Source: Candidatus Latescibacterota bacterium (GTDB lineage Bacteria > Latescibacterota > UBA2968 > UBA8231). Taken from it: DNA of 64,000 nucleotides. Positions 51,846 to 61,744 of this stretch are shown in pieces. The stretch's first letter is position 1, and the number at the start of each line of letters is the position of its first letter. The notes below the pieces were generated by a model, which saw nothing but the letters and a program-made list of their open reading frames with translations, had not been told where the DNA came from and made no database searches. The position numbers and the translations under genes were made by a program. The DNA lies in contig CBDAOB010000005.1 of the NCBI GenBank assembly GCA_965197905.1, positions 352,001-416,000 on the forward strand, given 5' to 3'.

Positions 51846-53708
51846 ATGCCATATTTTCGCGCCGTTCTAATCCATTTGATATGGGCCGTTCTGCTCAAGG
51901 GTGGTCTGTGGGCGCAAACCTTACCCAGCCCCGTCGCCTCGGACGAGAATCTTTCACAACCGGAGGTTTCGGGCAGTTTTGTTCCTATGCGTATTACCGC
52001 TCAAAACGTGCACTGGAGCGGGGACGGTCCAGTTACCATTCCTTTCACGACGAATCAGCGGGGTACGTTCTGGGCCGCCATTTACGAGTTGGGTTCTTCG
52101 GAGACGGGTGAGCGCGGACCGAACGGTGCCTGGTTGCGCCTGGCGCCGCAGGACAAATTCGTCGCCGTGACCGCAAGGCAGCCGGCTGAGTTAGGCCAGA
52201 ACGTCATCATGTGGGACGGTGCCGACTTTGGGGGCAACACCGTAGCCTCCGGAAACTACTCCTTTGACCTGATCGGCGTTAACGACCAGGACAAACCGGC
52301 CCTGGCCGGACCTGGACCGCGCGATTTTACCAAGGTCATCATCGACACTCGCTTCGATCCCCCCGAAATCTGGGCCCACACGAGCGATCGCCGAAAAGTC
52401 GCGTCCGGAGAAACCTCAGGTGATATCGTTCGTGGGACGCTGGGTACGGATTACATCGCCAATCCGCGCGCCTTCGAACGCTGGAACTACGTCGACATCT
52501 TCGAATTCGATGGGTCCCAAACGATCGGCGGTATGCGCGTCGACGATGAAGATCCAGATATCTTCTGGACGTCCCACATGAACGGTGAAGATGGCGGACT
52601 GTATAAAATGCGCATTTCACGCCAATCCAAATCATGGAGCCTAGTCACCGACTTCGCCGAGGACGGCCATTCCGTCAATGGCAACGGCGATCAAGTCACT
52701 GAGCTGGAGCCCTGGGGCCCCAAGGGCGTTGTTTACAACGGGCTCTGGGGACAGCAACAGACTCCATTCTGCGCCATCGAAGCCCGCGATAAGATCAGCG
52801 GCGAGATTTCCGCCGCCTTCGACGTAACAGAGTTTTACGCCACCTTCAATGTCGACAGCGCCGGCAACGAATCGGTCACGGGCAACGGCCCCGGCCATAT
52901 GGATGTCAACCGTCACGGCATCTGGATGACCAGTTGGGCAGCACCTGCCGTCGTCTTCATGGATCACGACGGCAACATAAAATGGGTCAACGGCAACGGT
53001 GACCGAATCGGCGACGTAATCAGCGACGAAGAGGCCGCACAGCTCGGGATATCGGCGGTGGGCGGGAACAACATTCAAATACGCCCCGACATCAGCGGCC
53101 ATGCTGCTTTCTTTACCATCAACGGCAACAACCGCGGAACCCACATTTCCACCCTCGGCCGTGACGGTTCCGGCTTATTCGAGATCTCCTTCTCCAGCGA
53201 CCTAGGACCGTTCCGCCCCGACGCCACCTGGCATCTCACGATCGTCGATGAAGGCGGACCGTACGACGGGTTCTACTACGGCTCGCCTCTGGGACTGCTG
53301 GGAGGTACTGGCTCAGAAGGTGGCCTGCGCGGTCCCGGTGCGTTGCTCCACATTCCGTTTGATCTAGCGTCCGGTCTGCTGGGTGAAGACGTGACGGCGG
53401 TGGAAGAGGCAACAGGTGCCGAAACCCCCAACAGCTATCGTCTTGGGGCCGCTTATCCCAACCCGTTCAATTCAGAATCCAGCATCGAGTTCGCCGTTCC
53501 GGTTGAAGAGCGCGTCAGAATCGAAATCTTCAACGCAGTCGGTCAGCAGCTGGCTACCCTGGTCGATGAGGACCTGAGGGCAGGTGTTTACGAGGTTTCC
53601 TGGAAAGCGATCGATAAGATTGGCCGGCGAGTATCGAGTGGTATCTATTTCTATCGGATGCACGCCGGAAATTTTACCGACACCCGTTCTGTGACCCTCC
53701 TCAAGTAG
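51846..53708 (+). CDS. Secreted protein with FlgD-Ig / T9SS-type C-terminal domain
   Basis: Signal peptide; AYPNPFN...IFNAVGQ...SSGIYFY...LLK C-terminus. Confidence 0.85.
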   Translation: MPYFRAVLIHLIWAVLLKGGLWAQTLPSPVASDENLSQPEVSGSFVPMRITAQNVHWSGDGPVTIPFTTNQRGTFWAAIYELGSSETGERGPNGAWLRLAPQDKFVAVTARQPAELGQNVIMWDGADFGGNTVASGNYSFDLIGVNDQDKPALAGPGPRDFTKVIIDTRFDPPEIWAHTSDRRKVASGETSGDIVRGTLGTDYIANPRAFERWNYVDIFEFDGSQTIGGMRVDDEDPDIFWTSHMNGEDGGLYKMRISRQSKSWSLVTDFAEDGHSVNGNGDQVTELEPWGPKGVVYNGLWGQQQTPFCAIEARDKISGEISAAFDVTEFYATFNVDSAGNESVTGNGPGHMDVNRHGIWMTSWAAPAVVFMDHDGNIKWVNGNGDRIGDVISDEEAAQLGISAVGGNNIQIRPDISGHAAFFTINGNNRGTHISTLGRDGSGLFEISFSSDLGPFRPDATWHLTIVDEGGPYDGFYYGSPLGLLGGTGSEGGLRGPGALLHIPFDLASGLLGEDVTAVEEATGAETPNSYRLGAAYPNPFNSESSIEFAVPVEERVRIEIFNAVGQQLATLVDEDLRAGVYEVSWKAIDKIGRRVSSGIYFYRMHAGNFTDTRSVTLLK

Positions 53709-53832
53709 CTCGGGCCTTCACCATCCACGGATCATCACGCGTACCATTAAACTGACGCGCCATGGGCGTGGCGTGACCGCAATCGCTCAACGCAGCAGTC
53801 GAGCGAGATCGGCCCGGTCTCTCCACTTATGG

Positions 53833-54669
53833 CTAGGTGATGTGTTTCTTGTAGTCGGCCAGCAGGGCAGCAGCGCCGGCGCGGATAAAGCCGGTCTCCG
53901 ACGCTGCCTCGAAGAACGTAGCACCTTTTTTGACCCACTCGCCCGCCGCCTCGCCATCAGCAGGGGTCGTGCCGAAGGCAACGCCGTACTTCTTGCACAG
54001 CTCGAGCACATTCTCCATTGGGCCGCGAACCTCAGGATGGTTGTAGTCGCCCGGGTGTCCTAGCTCTATGGATGAGTCGCCCGGACCGGCGTAAACCATG
54101 TCCACTCCGGGAACGCTGATCACTTCTTCCGCATTCTCGTACCCCAAAACGGATTCGATGTGAACGACAACAGTCGTTTCCTGGTCCTGCTCATCCATCC
54201 AGCTTTGCCAGTCGGTGACCCCTCTATAGTCGCTGTTACCCCATCCGGGAGCGACCGCTCGCGTTCCCTGTGGCGGAAATTTCAGGTAGCTCACCAGCGT
54301 CTCGACCTGTTGGCGTGTCTCTGTGCGTGGCAATTGAATGCCAACGACGCCTGCTTCGAGTAGCTTCGCAACTTCCATGCGTTCGAGCTGCGGGGTTTTG
54401 GCGATCACCGGCAGACCGTTGTCGCGAGCGGAGAGAATGGTGTCGGCCAGGTCAGCGAGACCGAAGAAGGTATGCTCGTACTCGATGTAGATAAAATCGA
54501 AACCGGCATGCTGGAACAGCTTGACCAGGGACGGTCGGGCGTACTCGCCGAGCATTGGACCGATCAGCAGATCGCCCTTTTGCAGTCGTGCCTTGAGATG
54601 TCGGCCTGGACCGCCTTCGGGATACCAGGGATTATCGACTCCGAAGCTCGCGTTTTGACGTTGCGGCAT
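53833..54669 (-). CDS. HpcH/HpaI aldolase/citrate lyase family
   Basis: GFDFIYIEYEH, FPPQGTR, IES and GPGD motifs. Confidence 0.88.
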   Translation of the reverse strand: MPQRQNASFGVDNPWYPEGGPGRHLKARLQKGDLLIGPMLGEYARPSLVKLFQHAGFDFIYIEYEHTFFGLADLADTILSARDNGLPVIAKTPQLERMEVAKLLEAGVVGIQLPRTETRQQVETLVSYLKFPPQGTRAVAPGWGNSDYRGVTDWQSWMDEQDQETTVVVHIESVLGYENAEEVISVPGVDMVYAGPGDSSIELGHPGDYNHPEVRGPMENVLELCKKYGVAFGTTPADGEAAGEWVKKGATFFEAASETGFIRAGAAALLADYKKHIT

Positions 54670-54740
54670 TTGTGCTTCTCCCCCTTCTATGTATTTTGGC
54701 GGTTGTGCTCGAACAGCTCTCGCCCAGGACGACACCAGCG

Positions 54741-55931
54741 ATGAATCAAGAAGATACGATAGGCGGGTTACGGGGCCAGGTGAAGGTCACCGAAGTCAAG
54801 GTCTTTGAAGTGGGTCTGTTTACCTACGTCAAGGTCCATACTGACACTGGCGTGACGGGCAGCGGCGAGATGCACCCGGCCAGCAACACGGCCGGCAACC
54901 GCTTGGTGACGACGCCGGCGCTGCAATATTGCGCTGAATATCTTGTAGGTAAAGACCCGACCGAAATCGAGCGCCACTGGCAGCATCTGTTTAGGCGCAG
55001 CCTGTTCCGCGGCGGTGCCGACTCGATGGCGGCCATCGCTGCTATCGACATGGCCCTCTGGGATATCGCCGGCAAGCTGGTGGGACTGCCGACCTACAAG
55101 CTGCTCGGGGGCCCGACGCGGGAGAAGGTGCGGCTATTCGCAGCGCTCGGCGGTGGGGCATCGCCCGAGGCGCTGGCGGAGCAGGCGGTAGAAAAGGTAG
55201 AACAGGGATTTACCGCCGTCCGCTTCAATCCGTTCAGAGGCAACCCGCAGGCTTTCGCCGATATGGGCTTCAACCAGATCGTGCGCTGTGCGGAACGATT
55301 TGTGGGGGCTGCCCGCAAGGCCGTCGGAGACGAGATCGACTTGAGTATCGACGTCATCGGTGTGCTGTCGCCCGCCGAAGCTATTGCCGTAGGGCAGGCA
55401 TTGGTGTCCTACGGGCTACACTTCTTCGAGGACCCGATCGAGCCGGACAACATCGACGCCATGGCGCAGGTGGCGGCCGCCCTGCCGATGCCGGTGGCGA
55501 CCGGGGAGCGTCACTGTACCATCCACCAGTTCCGCGATTTGCTCAACAAGCAGGCGGCGAAATTTTTGCGACCCGATCCCGCGCTGGCGGGGGGTCTGAC
55601 CAACTGCAAGAAGATTGCTGCTTTGGCCGAAGCAGACTACGTTCAGCTGATGCCGCACAATCCGTTGAGCTGCGTACTGACCGCCGCCTGCGTGCAGCTG
55701 GATGTCTCTATCCACAACTTCGCCATCCAGGAATATCAAACCCATGAGTTGGAAGCACCCAGACGTGACCTGGTGCAGGAGCCGCTCGAACTGCGCGACG
55801 GTTATCTTATAGTTCCCGACAAGCCCGGTCTCGGTATCGAACTCAACGAAGAAGCGTTTAAGCATTACCCACCGATTTCTCGCGACCGTCAGCCCATCAT
55901 TGGCCACGACGGGGCGCTGCGAGACTATTGA
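54741..55931 (+). CDS. Enolase-superfamily (mandelate racemase / galactonate dehydratase-like) enzyme
   Basis: IDMALWDIAGK, LLGG, FEDP, TGER, PHNP and PGLGIE motifs; start may be GTG 54780. Confidence 0.9.
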   Translation: MNQEDTIGGLRGQVKVTEVKVFEVGLFTYVKVHTDTGVTGSGEMHPASNTAGNRLVTTPALQYCAEYLVGKDPTEIERHWQHLFRRSLFRGGADSMAAIAAIDMALWDIAGKLVGLPTYKLLGGPTREKVRLFAALGGGASPEALAEQAVEKVEQGFTAVRFNPFRGNPQAFADMGFNQIVRCAERFVGAARKAVGDEIDLSIDVIGVLSPAEAIAVGQALVSYGLHFFEDPIEPDNIDAMAQVAAALPMPVATGERHCTIHQFRDLLNKQAAKFLRPDPALAGGLTNCKKIAALAEADYVQLMPHNPLSCVLTAACVQLDVSIHNFAIQEYQTHELEAPRRDLVQEPLELRDGYLIVPDKPGLGIELNEEAFKHYPPISRDRQPIIGHDGALRDY

Positions 55932-55947
55932 TCATTAGGAGCGAAGC

Positions 55948-56679
55948 ATGTCCCAAACGAAAACCCTCAGGCAGCGCATGAAAGAAGGTGACGTGCTGGT
56001 CGCCCTGCGCGGCTCATTGTCGACGACGAAGAGCCAGTTGGAAGATATATGGTCAACAGGCAGGTATGACTATGTCTGGATCGATGGTCAGCATACCCCT
56101 TTCACCGAGAAGCAGCTGGTCGACTACTGCGTTGCGGCCGAAGAGTTGGACATCGACGTGCAACTGCGCATCCCCCACACGAGGCATGCCTACCTGGTTG
56201 GGCGTTTTCTGGACTTCGGACCCACTGCGGTTCTGGTCCCCGAAGTCATGGAACCCGAAACCGTGGATGACGCCATAGATTATGCCTACTACGGGCCCAT
56301 TGGACGACGCAGCTGGGGCGGAGCTTTTCGCCGAGGGTTGAGTAGCATAGGTGCGGATCGGCTCACCTATGCGACATGGTGGAATGAGTATGTCGTTCTG
56401 GGCATTCAGCTGGAATCTGTCGAGGCGGTAACCAACATTCGAAAACTGGCCAAACCAGGGGTGAGTGTCGTCACCTTCGGACCCAACGATCTCTCTTTCA
56501 ACATTGACGATCACCCGGGATATCCGTTGCAGAACGTCGACGATTGCATGCGAAATGTAGCTGCCCAACTCGCAGGTACCGACATTCGGCTGGCCATGGG
56601 TACGGCAACCAAACCTGAAGAACGCGACAGGTATCTGGAGATGGGGATTACCCTCTTTCAGGAAGAACCGCCAGCATAG
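55948..56679 (+). CDS. HpcH/HpaI aldolase family
   Basis: WIDGQH, LRIP, GRRS, QLES and GPNDLS motifs. Confidence 0.85.
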   Translation: MSQTKTLRQRMKEGDVLVALRGSLSTTKSQLEDIWSTGRYDYVWIDGQHTPFTEKQLVDYCVAAEELDIDVQLRIPHTRHAYLVGRFLDFGPTAVLVPEVMEPETVDDAIDYAYYGPIGRRSWGGAFRRGLSSIGADRLTYATWWNEYVVLGIQLESVEAVTNIRKLAKPGVSVVTFGPNDLSFNIDDHPGYPLQNVDDCMRNVAAQLAGTDIRLAMGTATKPEERDRYLEMGITLFQEEPPA

Positions 56680-56747
56680 TCAACCATCGCGCCGCCGAGC
56701 ACGTCCACCAGCTTCCTTTGCAATTGGCAGCAACACCCGGTCTAAAC

Positions 56748-56777
56748 TTGACAGCTGGTACGGGACGCGTCTAGCTT
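56748..56777 (+). promoter_or_regulatory. Putative sigma70 promoter
   Basis: TTGACA-N18-TAGCTT upstream of the epimerase operon. Confidence 0.4.
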
Positions 56778-56850
56778 CAACGGTCACGTCACGGTTCTTT
56801 CACTCGCCCGCTTGATGCTGAGCGGCGTTGCAGCTTGCGCCTCATAGGCT

Positions 56851-57852
56851 ATGCCTGACAGAGTCTTGGTCACTGGAGGAAGCGGATTCATCGGTCGCCG
56901 GGTGTGCCGCAATTTGCTCGAACGGGATGTCCCCGTTCTCATCCTTGATTCACAGCCCCAGCAGACAGTCGTAGACCAGCTGCGTCGGATTCGATCCGGC
57001 TTGCCGGAGGATCGCCTCACGCTCGTGGAAACCGACATCACCGACCTCGAACAGATCGAGTCGGCCCTTCAGCAAAACCGCGATGTCACGCGGGTCATCC
57101 ATCTCGCCTCCCTGCTGACAGCAGGGGTGGAAGAGCATCTGGTTATGGCTGCTCGCGTCAACATCGTGGGTACGGTGAATATTCTCGACGCCTCGGTCCG
57201 CTGCGGGATAGAGAGAGTAGTGCAGGCCAGCAGCGAAGCGGTTTACGGCAACGGCCAGGCTCGTTACGGACAAAGGCCGGTGCGAGAAGAGGACTTCTGT
57301 GGTCCTCTCGACCACCACTTCGCATACGGAGCCATGAAGCTGCTCGCCGAATTCATGGGTAGCAAATATGCCTCCATCCACGACCTGAGCGTCGCCTGCC
57401 TGCGGCCTTCGATCGTTTTCGGTTTTGGTCGAGGTGGCGGTGGTCAGTCCTGGGCCGAAGTCTTCGCTACAAATCCAGCCGTCGGCAAGCCGGCGCACCT
57501 GCCTTTTCCTGCTGACAACCGCGAAAACTGGATCTACGTCGACGATTGCGCCGAGCAACTGGTCCGCTTGGCGCTGAAGCCCGATCTCAAGCACTACGTC
57601 TACAACAGTGGCGGCGAGACGGCGACCGCTGCCGAGCTCGTCGAGCAGGTCAGACGGCACTTGCCCGATGCCGAGATTACTGTCGATGAGACCAAGCCTT
57701 ACACCCCGCTCATCGATGATATGGATGGAAGTCGCCTTCAACAGGAGATCGACTTTCACCCACGGTCCTTGTCGGCGGGTTTGCTCGCCCACATCGACGA
57801 AGCTCGTCAAGCCGCCGGCCTGGCGCCGATTTCACAGGGCCGGGGGCCATAA
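56851..57852 (+). CDS. NAD-dependent epimerase/dehydratase (extended SDR)
   Basis: TGGSGFIG, ASS.AVYG, YGAMK and YVDD motifs. Confidence 0.92.
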   Translation: MPDRVLVTGGSGFIGRRVCRNLLERDVPVLILDSQPQQTVVDQLRRIRSGLPEDRLTLVETDITDLEQIESALQQNRDVTRVIHLASLLTAGVEEHLVMAARVNIVGTVNILDASVRCGIERVVQASSEAVYGNGQARYGQRPVREEDFCGPLDHHFAYGAMKLLAEFMGSKYASIHDLSVACLRPSIVFGFGRGGGGQSWAEVFATNPAVGKPAHLPFPADNRENWIYVDDCAEQLVRLALKPDLKHYVYNSGGETATAAELVEQVRRHLPDAEITVDETKPYTPLIDDMDGSRLQQEIDFHPRSLSAGLLAHIDEARQAAGLAPISQGRGP

Positions 57853-57871
57853 CAGAGGAAACAGCACCATC

Positions 57872-58870
57872 ATGACAGACTATCGCGCCACCGTCGTCGG
57901 CAGCTATCCGCGCAACATCCCCGTCGAAGACACACTGAAGAAAGAAACCATCTCCGACGACGAAGCTCTGGAGATGATCCGTTGGGCGGTCGAGGACCAG
58001 GTCTCTCTCGGCCTCGAAATCGTCGGTGACGGCGAGGGCTATCGCGAGAACATGTACTGGTTCTACCAGAAACGCATGGATGGCATCACCATGGAGGACA
58101 TGGCCTACAAGAGTTTTGGTGATGCCGGCTTTGGGATCGAGTGCGCTCGTCTCGTCGGCGAGCTTGGAGAGACGCGGTGGCAGCTGGCCAGCAAGTGGAA
58201 GACGGCGAGGGAGGCGGCTCCGGCCGACGTCCAGGTGAAGCAGACGGTGACCGGCCCCCATATGCTCTCCCGGTTTACCGCCAACGAGCGGCCCGACCTC
58301 TATGAAGACGAAATCGCCGTCGCCCGGGCTTATGTCGATGTCTTGGTCCGCGAACTACGCGAGCTCATCGAGGCCGGCTGCGACTACATCCAATTCGACG
58401 AGCCGGTCCTGACGTTGTCACCGGACGAGGCGGTGTGGGCAGCGGACGTGCTCAACGAGCTCATCGACAAGCTACCCTCTCACGTGCGCATCGGGATGCA
58501 CATATGCGGCGGCAACCCTCACCGAAAGAGAGTCTACTTCGGCAAATACACCGATATGACCGAGGGCTTGAAGAAGCTGAAGATCGACGAGATCTCTCTT
58601 GAACACTGCACTCTGCACTACAACCTGATGGATTTATGGCCCCTGTGGGACTTCAAAGGGGATCTAATGCTCGGCGTCATCGATCAGCGCAGCGATGAGA
58701 TCGAGACGCCAGAGGTCATCTGGGAACGGACGAAGCCGGCGCTGGAGCATTTCAGCCCTGACCGCCTGCTGCTGAGCAGCGAGTGCGGCTGCGGTCACGT
58801 GCCCCTTGATATCACCAGAGCAAAGATGAGGGTGCTGTCGGAGGCGTGCAGACAGTTTCGTGAGAGCTGA
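57872..58870 (+). CDS. Cobalamin-independent methionine synthase II family (single-domain MetE-like)
   Basis: VGSYPR, DGE..R, IQFDEP, HICGG, GVID and ECG zinc ligands; GAGG RBS before MTDY. Confidence 0.85.
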   Translation: MTDYRATVVGSYPRNIPVEDTLKKETISDDEALEMIRWAVEDQVSLGLEIVGDGEGYRENMYWFYQKRMDGITMEDMAYKSFGDAGFGIECARLVGELGETRWQLASKWKTAREAAPADVQVKQTVTGPHMLSRFTANERPDLYEDEIAVARAYVDVLVRELRELIEAGCDYIQFDEPVLTLSPDEAVWAADVLNELIDKLPSHVRIGMHICGGNPHRKRVYFGKYTDMTEGLKKLKIDEISLEHCTLHYNLMDLWPLWDFKGDLMLGVIDQRSDEIETPEVIWERTKPALEHFSPDRLLLSSECGCGHVPLDITRAKMRVLSEACRQFRES

Positions 58871-60505
58871 ATGAAAATGGCCGAACCGATTCTCCTGGAT
58901 GACGAGCAGGTGCGGGAGTATATCGCCAATGGCTACGTCAAAGTCGAACTGTCCGTGCCAGCAGAAATCCACGTGGCGATCGCTCGCAAGCTTGACTTGA
59001 TGCTCGAGCGGGGCCCCAATCTCGGCAACAACCTGCTCCCTCACGCTCCCGAGTTTCGACATGTCCTCAACGCGCCGGAGGTGCGTGGTGCGCTGACCAG
59101 CCTGCTGGGTGAGGACTATATCGAACATCCGCATCGCTATTGTCACACTTCTGGGCCTGCCGACGAACTGCCCGAGGACATGGTCGCGGCGGTGGGCAAG
59201 AAATGCCATCAGGATTCATACACCCCTCTGTCGCAACCTCGTCAGCACTATCCTCGCTATGCGCGCATAATCTACTATCCACGGGACACGCCGCTGGCGC
59301 ACGGTCCCACGCACGTTACCCCGGGGACGCATTTCCAAAAGGTCGTCACCGACCAAGACCGGGCTACCACCGTTCCCATGGAAGGAGCAGCTGGCTCTCT
59401 GTGGATCACCCATTTCGACATCATTCATGGTGCTGGCATCAATCTGTCCGATGTCCAACGGCACATGATCAAGTTCATATACAAACAACGCCGGTCGCCG
59501 ACTTCGCCCTCGTGGGACAGCAGAAGTCTCCGTTGGAAAAATCCTAAGGGCCTCCAGGTTCCGTGGGATCTCGAGGTGGTATGGTCGCATATTTGGGATT
59601 GGATGTGTGGCCAAGACAACCGGTACGAGAGTTTCCAGGCGGCGAATCGCGTGGACGCCAATGGCAGCGAGGAAGACCACCTTGCAGGGTTGGGTTCCGA
59701 TGCGTCGCTCGACGATACGCTTGCCGCGATACGGCAGCTGGCCGCTTCCGGCCGGCAGGCGGAGAACGCGGTTCCCGCGCTGATCGGGCTGCTCAACAAC
59801 GGCCATCAGGTTGTGCGCACAGCAGTTACCTACGCACTGGGTGCCATTGGCGAGCCGGCCGTGGAGAGCCTGGTGACAAGACTGAAAGAAGCGGATGGAG
59901 CCGGTTGGCAGGAGGGATCACCTGCGAGTTGGAGCGAAAGCGCGATCCGACTGATGGACGAAGCCCACGCCCTGGGCGCGATTGGATCCCCCGCGGTTGC
60001 TTCCCTCGTCGGCCTGCTGGAATCCTGTAAAGAGTGGGGACGTATCAACGCCGCGTTCGCCCTAGGCGAGATGGACGCCCGGGCTGCGGAGGCCGTACCC
60101 GCGCTGGTCCGGTGCCTTGACGATGGTTCTCATCGGGTTGTGCGCACTGTGCTTGATGCCCTTGGGGCCATAGGCGGCGACGGGGATGAGTTAACTTCCC
60201 GCATCGGCCGTTTCTTGGTGGAGAGCCGCCCAGAATGGGACCAGCCGCTCCCCGAGAGACCGAACTGGCTCCCACGCGATCAAGTGCGCGCGAATGCTTC
60301 CACTGCCCTGGCACGGCTGGGAGGCGGCGTTTCCGTCGTCGAAAATGAGCTCATCCAAGCCTTGGACGATCCGTGCGGATATGTCGGGCTGCTCGCTACC
60401 GATGCCCTGCAGCACATGGAATCCTCGACCGCGCAACAGGCGGTTTCGGATCTGGTAATGGCGCAGCGGTGGGACCCATCGCTCGGCGAAGGCCGACGCT
60501 ACTAA
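58871..60505 (+). CDS. PhyH-like dioxygenase domain fused to HEAT/PBS-lyase repeats
   Basis: HQD, PGTH and HFDIIHG, followed by repeated VR..A..ALG.IG..AVP.L. Confidence 0.85.
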   Translation: MKMAEPILLDDEQVREYIANGYVKVELSVPAEIHVAIARKLDLMLERGPNLGNNLLPHAPEFRHVLNAPEVRGALTSLLGEDYIEHPHRYCHTSGPADELPEDMVAAVGKKCHQDSYTPLSQPRQHYPRYARIIYYPRDTPLAHGPTHVTPGTHFQKVVTDQDRATTVPMEGAAGSLWITHFDIIHGAGINLSDVQRHMIKFIYKQRRSPTSPSWDSRSLRWKNPKGLQVPWDLEVVWSHIWDWMCGQDNRYESFQAANRVDANGSEEDHLAGLGSDASLDDTLAAIRQLAASGRQAENAVPALIGLLNNGHQVVRTAVTYALGAIGEPAVESLVTRLKEADGAGWQEGSPASWSESAIRLMDEAHALGAIGSPAVASLVGLLESCKEWGRINAAFALGEMDARAAEAVPALVRCLDDGSHRVVRTVLDALGAIGGDGDELTSRIGRFLVESRPEWDQPLPERPNWLPRDQVRANASTALARLGGGVSVVENELIQALDDPCGYVGLLATDALQHMESSTAQQAVSDLVMAQRWDPSLGEGRRY

Positions 60506-60533
60506 GGAATTAACGGGAAAATCTACGAGCAAA

Positions 60534-61664
60534 ATGATCAAGGAATTATCAGTGCTGAGCAACGGTAGAGCCGGACGGTTTTCATCTTGGGACACCACTG
60601 GAAGGAATGAGGATGCGTGGACCATGGAAGCGGGTGAATCCAGAATCCTAGCGGATATCGACGGCCCGGGGGCCATCACACACATCTGGATGACCCAGGC
60701 AAACCATTATCGTGAGTGCCTTCTCAAGATCACCTGGGATAATGCGAAGAAACCAAGCATCTCCGTCCCTCTTGGCGATTTCTTCTGCCTGGGGCATGGT
60801 ATCGTCAACAGTTTTCAATCGTTGTTGTTCACCGCCTCAACGACGTGGAACAACCAGTTCAACCATGGCTGCGCGCTCAACTGCTACGCCCACATGCCGT
60901 TCAGCGAGCGTGCTGTAGTCGAGCTTGTCAACGAGAGCAGTGAATCTCACCGGCAGTATTTTTACATCGACTACGAGACGTTTGAGGAGGCCGCGGCCGA
61001 TGCCGGCTATTTTCACGCAGAGTTTCGTAGAGCCAATCCGTTCGGTGGCTGGGGCCACGAAGTACCGGTTAACAGCCCTGAGGCGAACATTGCCAACAAA
61101 GGCCGGCTAGCCTGGGAAAACAACTACGTCATCGCGCAAACCAAGGGCAGGGGCCACTACGTGGGGTGCAACTTGTCGGTCACCAACTTCCAGGGCACCT
61201 GGTGGGGAGAAGGTGACGACATGATCTGGGTGGATGGATACAAATGGCCTCCGGACCTGCACGGTACTGGAAGCGAGGACTATCTGAATCAGGCCTGGGG
61301 CATGCAGCCAAACGCTTTTTTGCGCAATGGCTCCTCCATCCATGAGAAGAACACCGACGGATACCAGACCAGCTACGTGCTGCACATCGAGAATCCGGTT
61401 CGATTTGAAAAAGAGATTAAGGTCACTATTGAACACGGTCACGGCAACCATCTGGCCAACGAAATGTCTTCGGTGGCATACTGGTACGCAGGTCGGCCTA
61501 CGTCGGTAGCGACTCCACCGCCCGTTGTGAAGCGGCTTCCCATACTGCGGGATAATCAAGGGTCGTGGTTGAATGACAAGAAGCGGCAATGCCCCGGGGC
61601 CGTGATCCAACCCAATGCGGAGATGAAGAAGATGAAGGACCGTTGGACGAAAAAGCATGGATAA
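60534..61664 (+). CDS. DUF2961 / GH172 family glycoside hydrolase
   Basis: GPGAITHIWMT, PLGDFF, WWGEGD, GTGSEDY and IEHGHGN motifs. Confidence 0.9.
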   Translation: MIKELSVLSNGRAGRFSSWDTTGRNEDAWTMEAGESRILADIDGPGAITHIWMTQANHYRECLLKITWDNAKKPSISVPLGDFFCLGHGIVNSFQSLLFTASTTWNNQFNHGCALNCYAHMPFSERAVVELVNESSESHRQYFYIDYETFEEAAADAGYFHAEFRRANPFGGWGHEVPVNSPEANIANKGRLAWENNYVIAQTKGRGHYVGCNLSVTNFQGTWWGEGDDMIWVDGYKWPPDLHGTGSEDYLNQAWGMQPNAFLRNGSSIHEKNTDGYQTSYVLHIENPVRFEKEIKVTIEHGHGNHLANEMSSVAYWYAGRPTSVATPPPVVKRLPILRDNQGSWLNDKKRQCPGAVIQPNAEMKKMKDRWTKKHG

Positions 61665-61744
61665 CGACCGGGGCCGAACCACCACCGAGTACTATTTCAT
61701 CGCCTTTCACCGAGCCGCTCACTAGCAACGCGAGACCAGGACCA

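Noticed and set aside
61657..61725. 22-codon ORF overlapping the GH172 stop
   Set aside because: Too short, no supporting motif; could arise by chance
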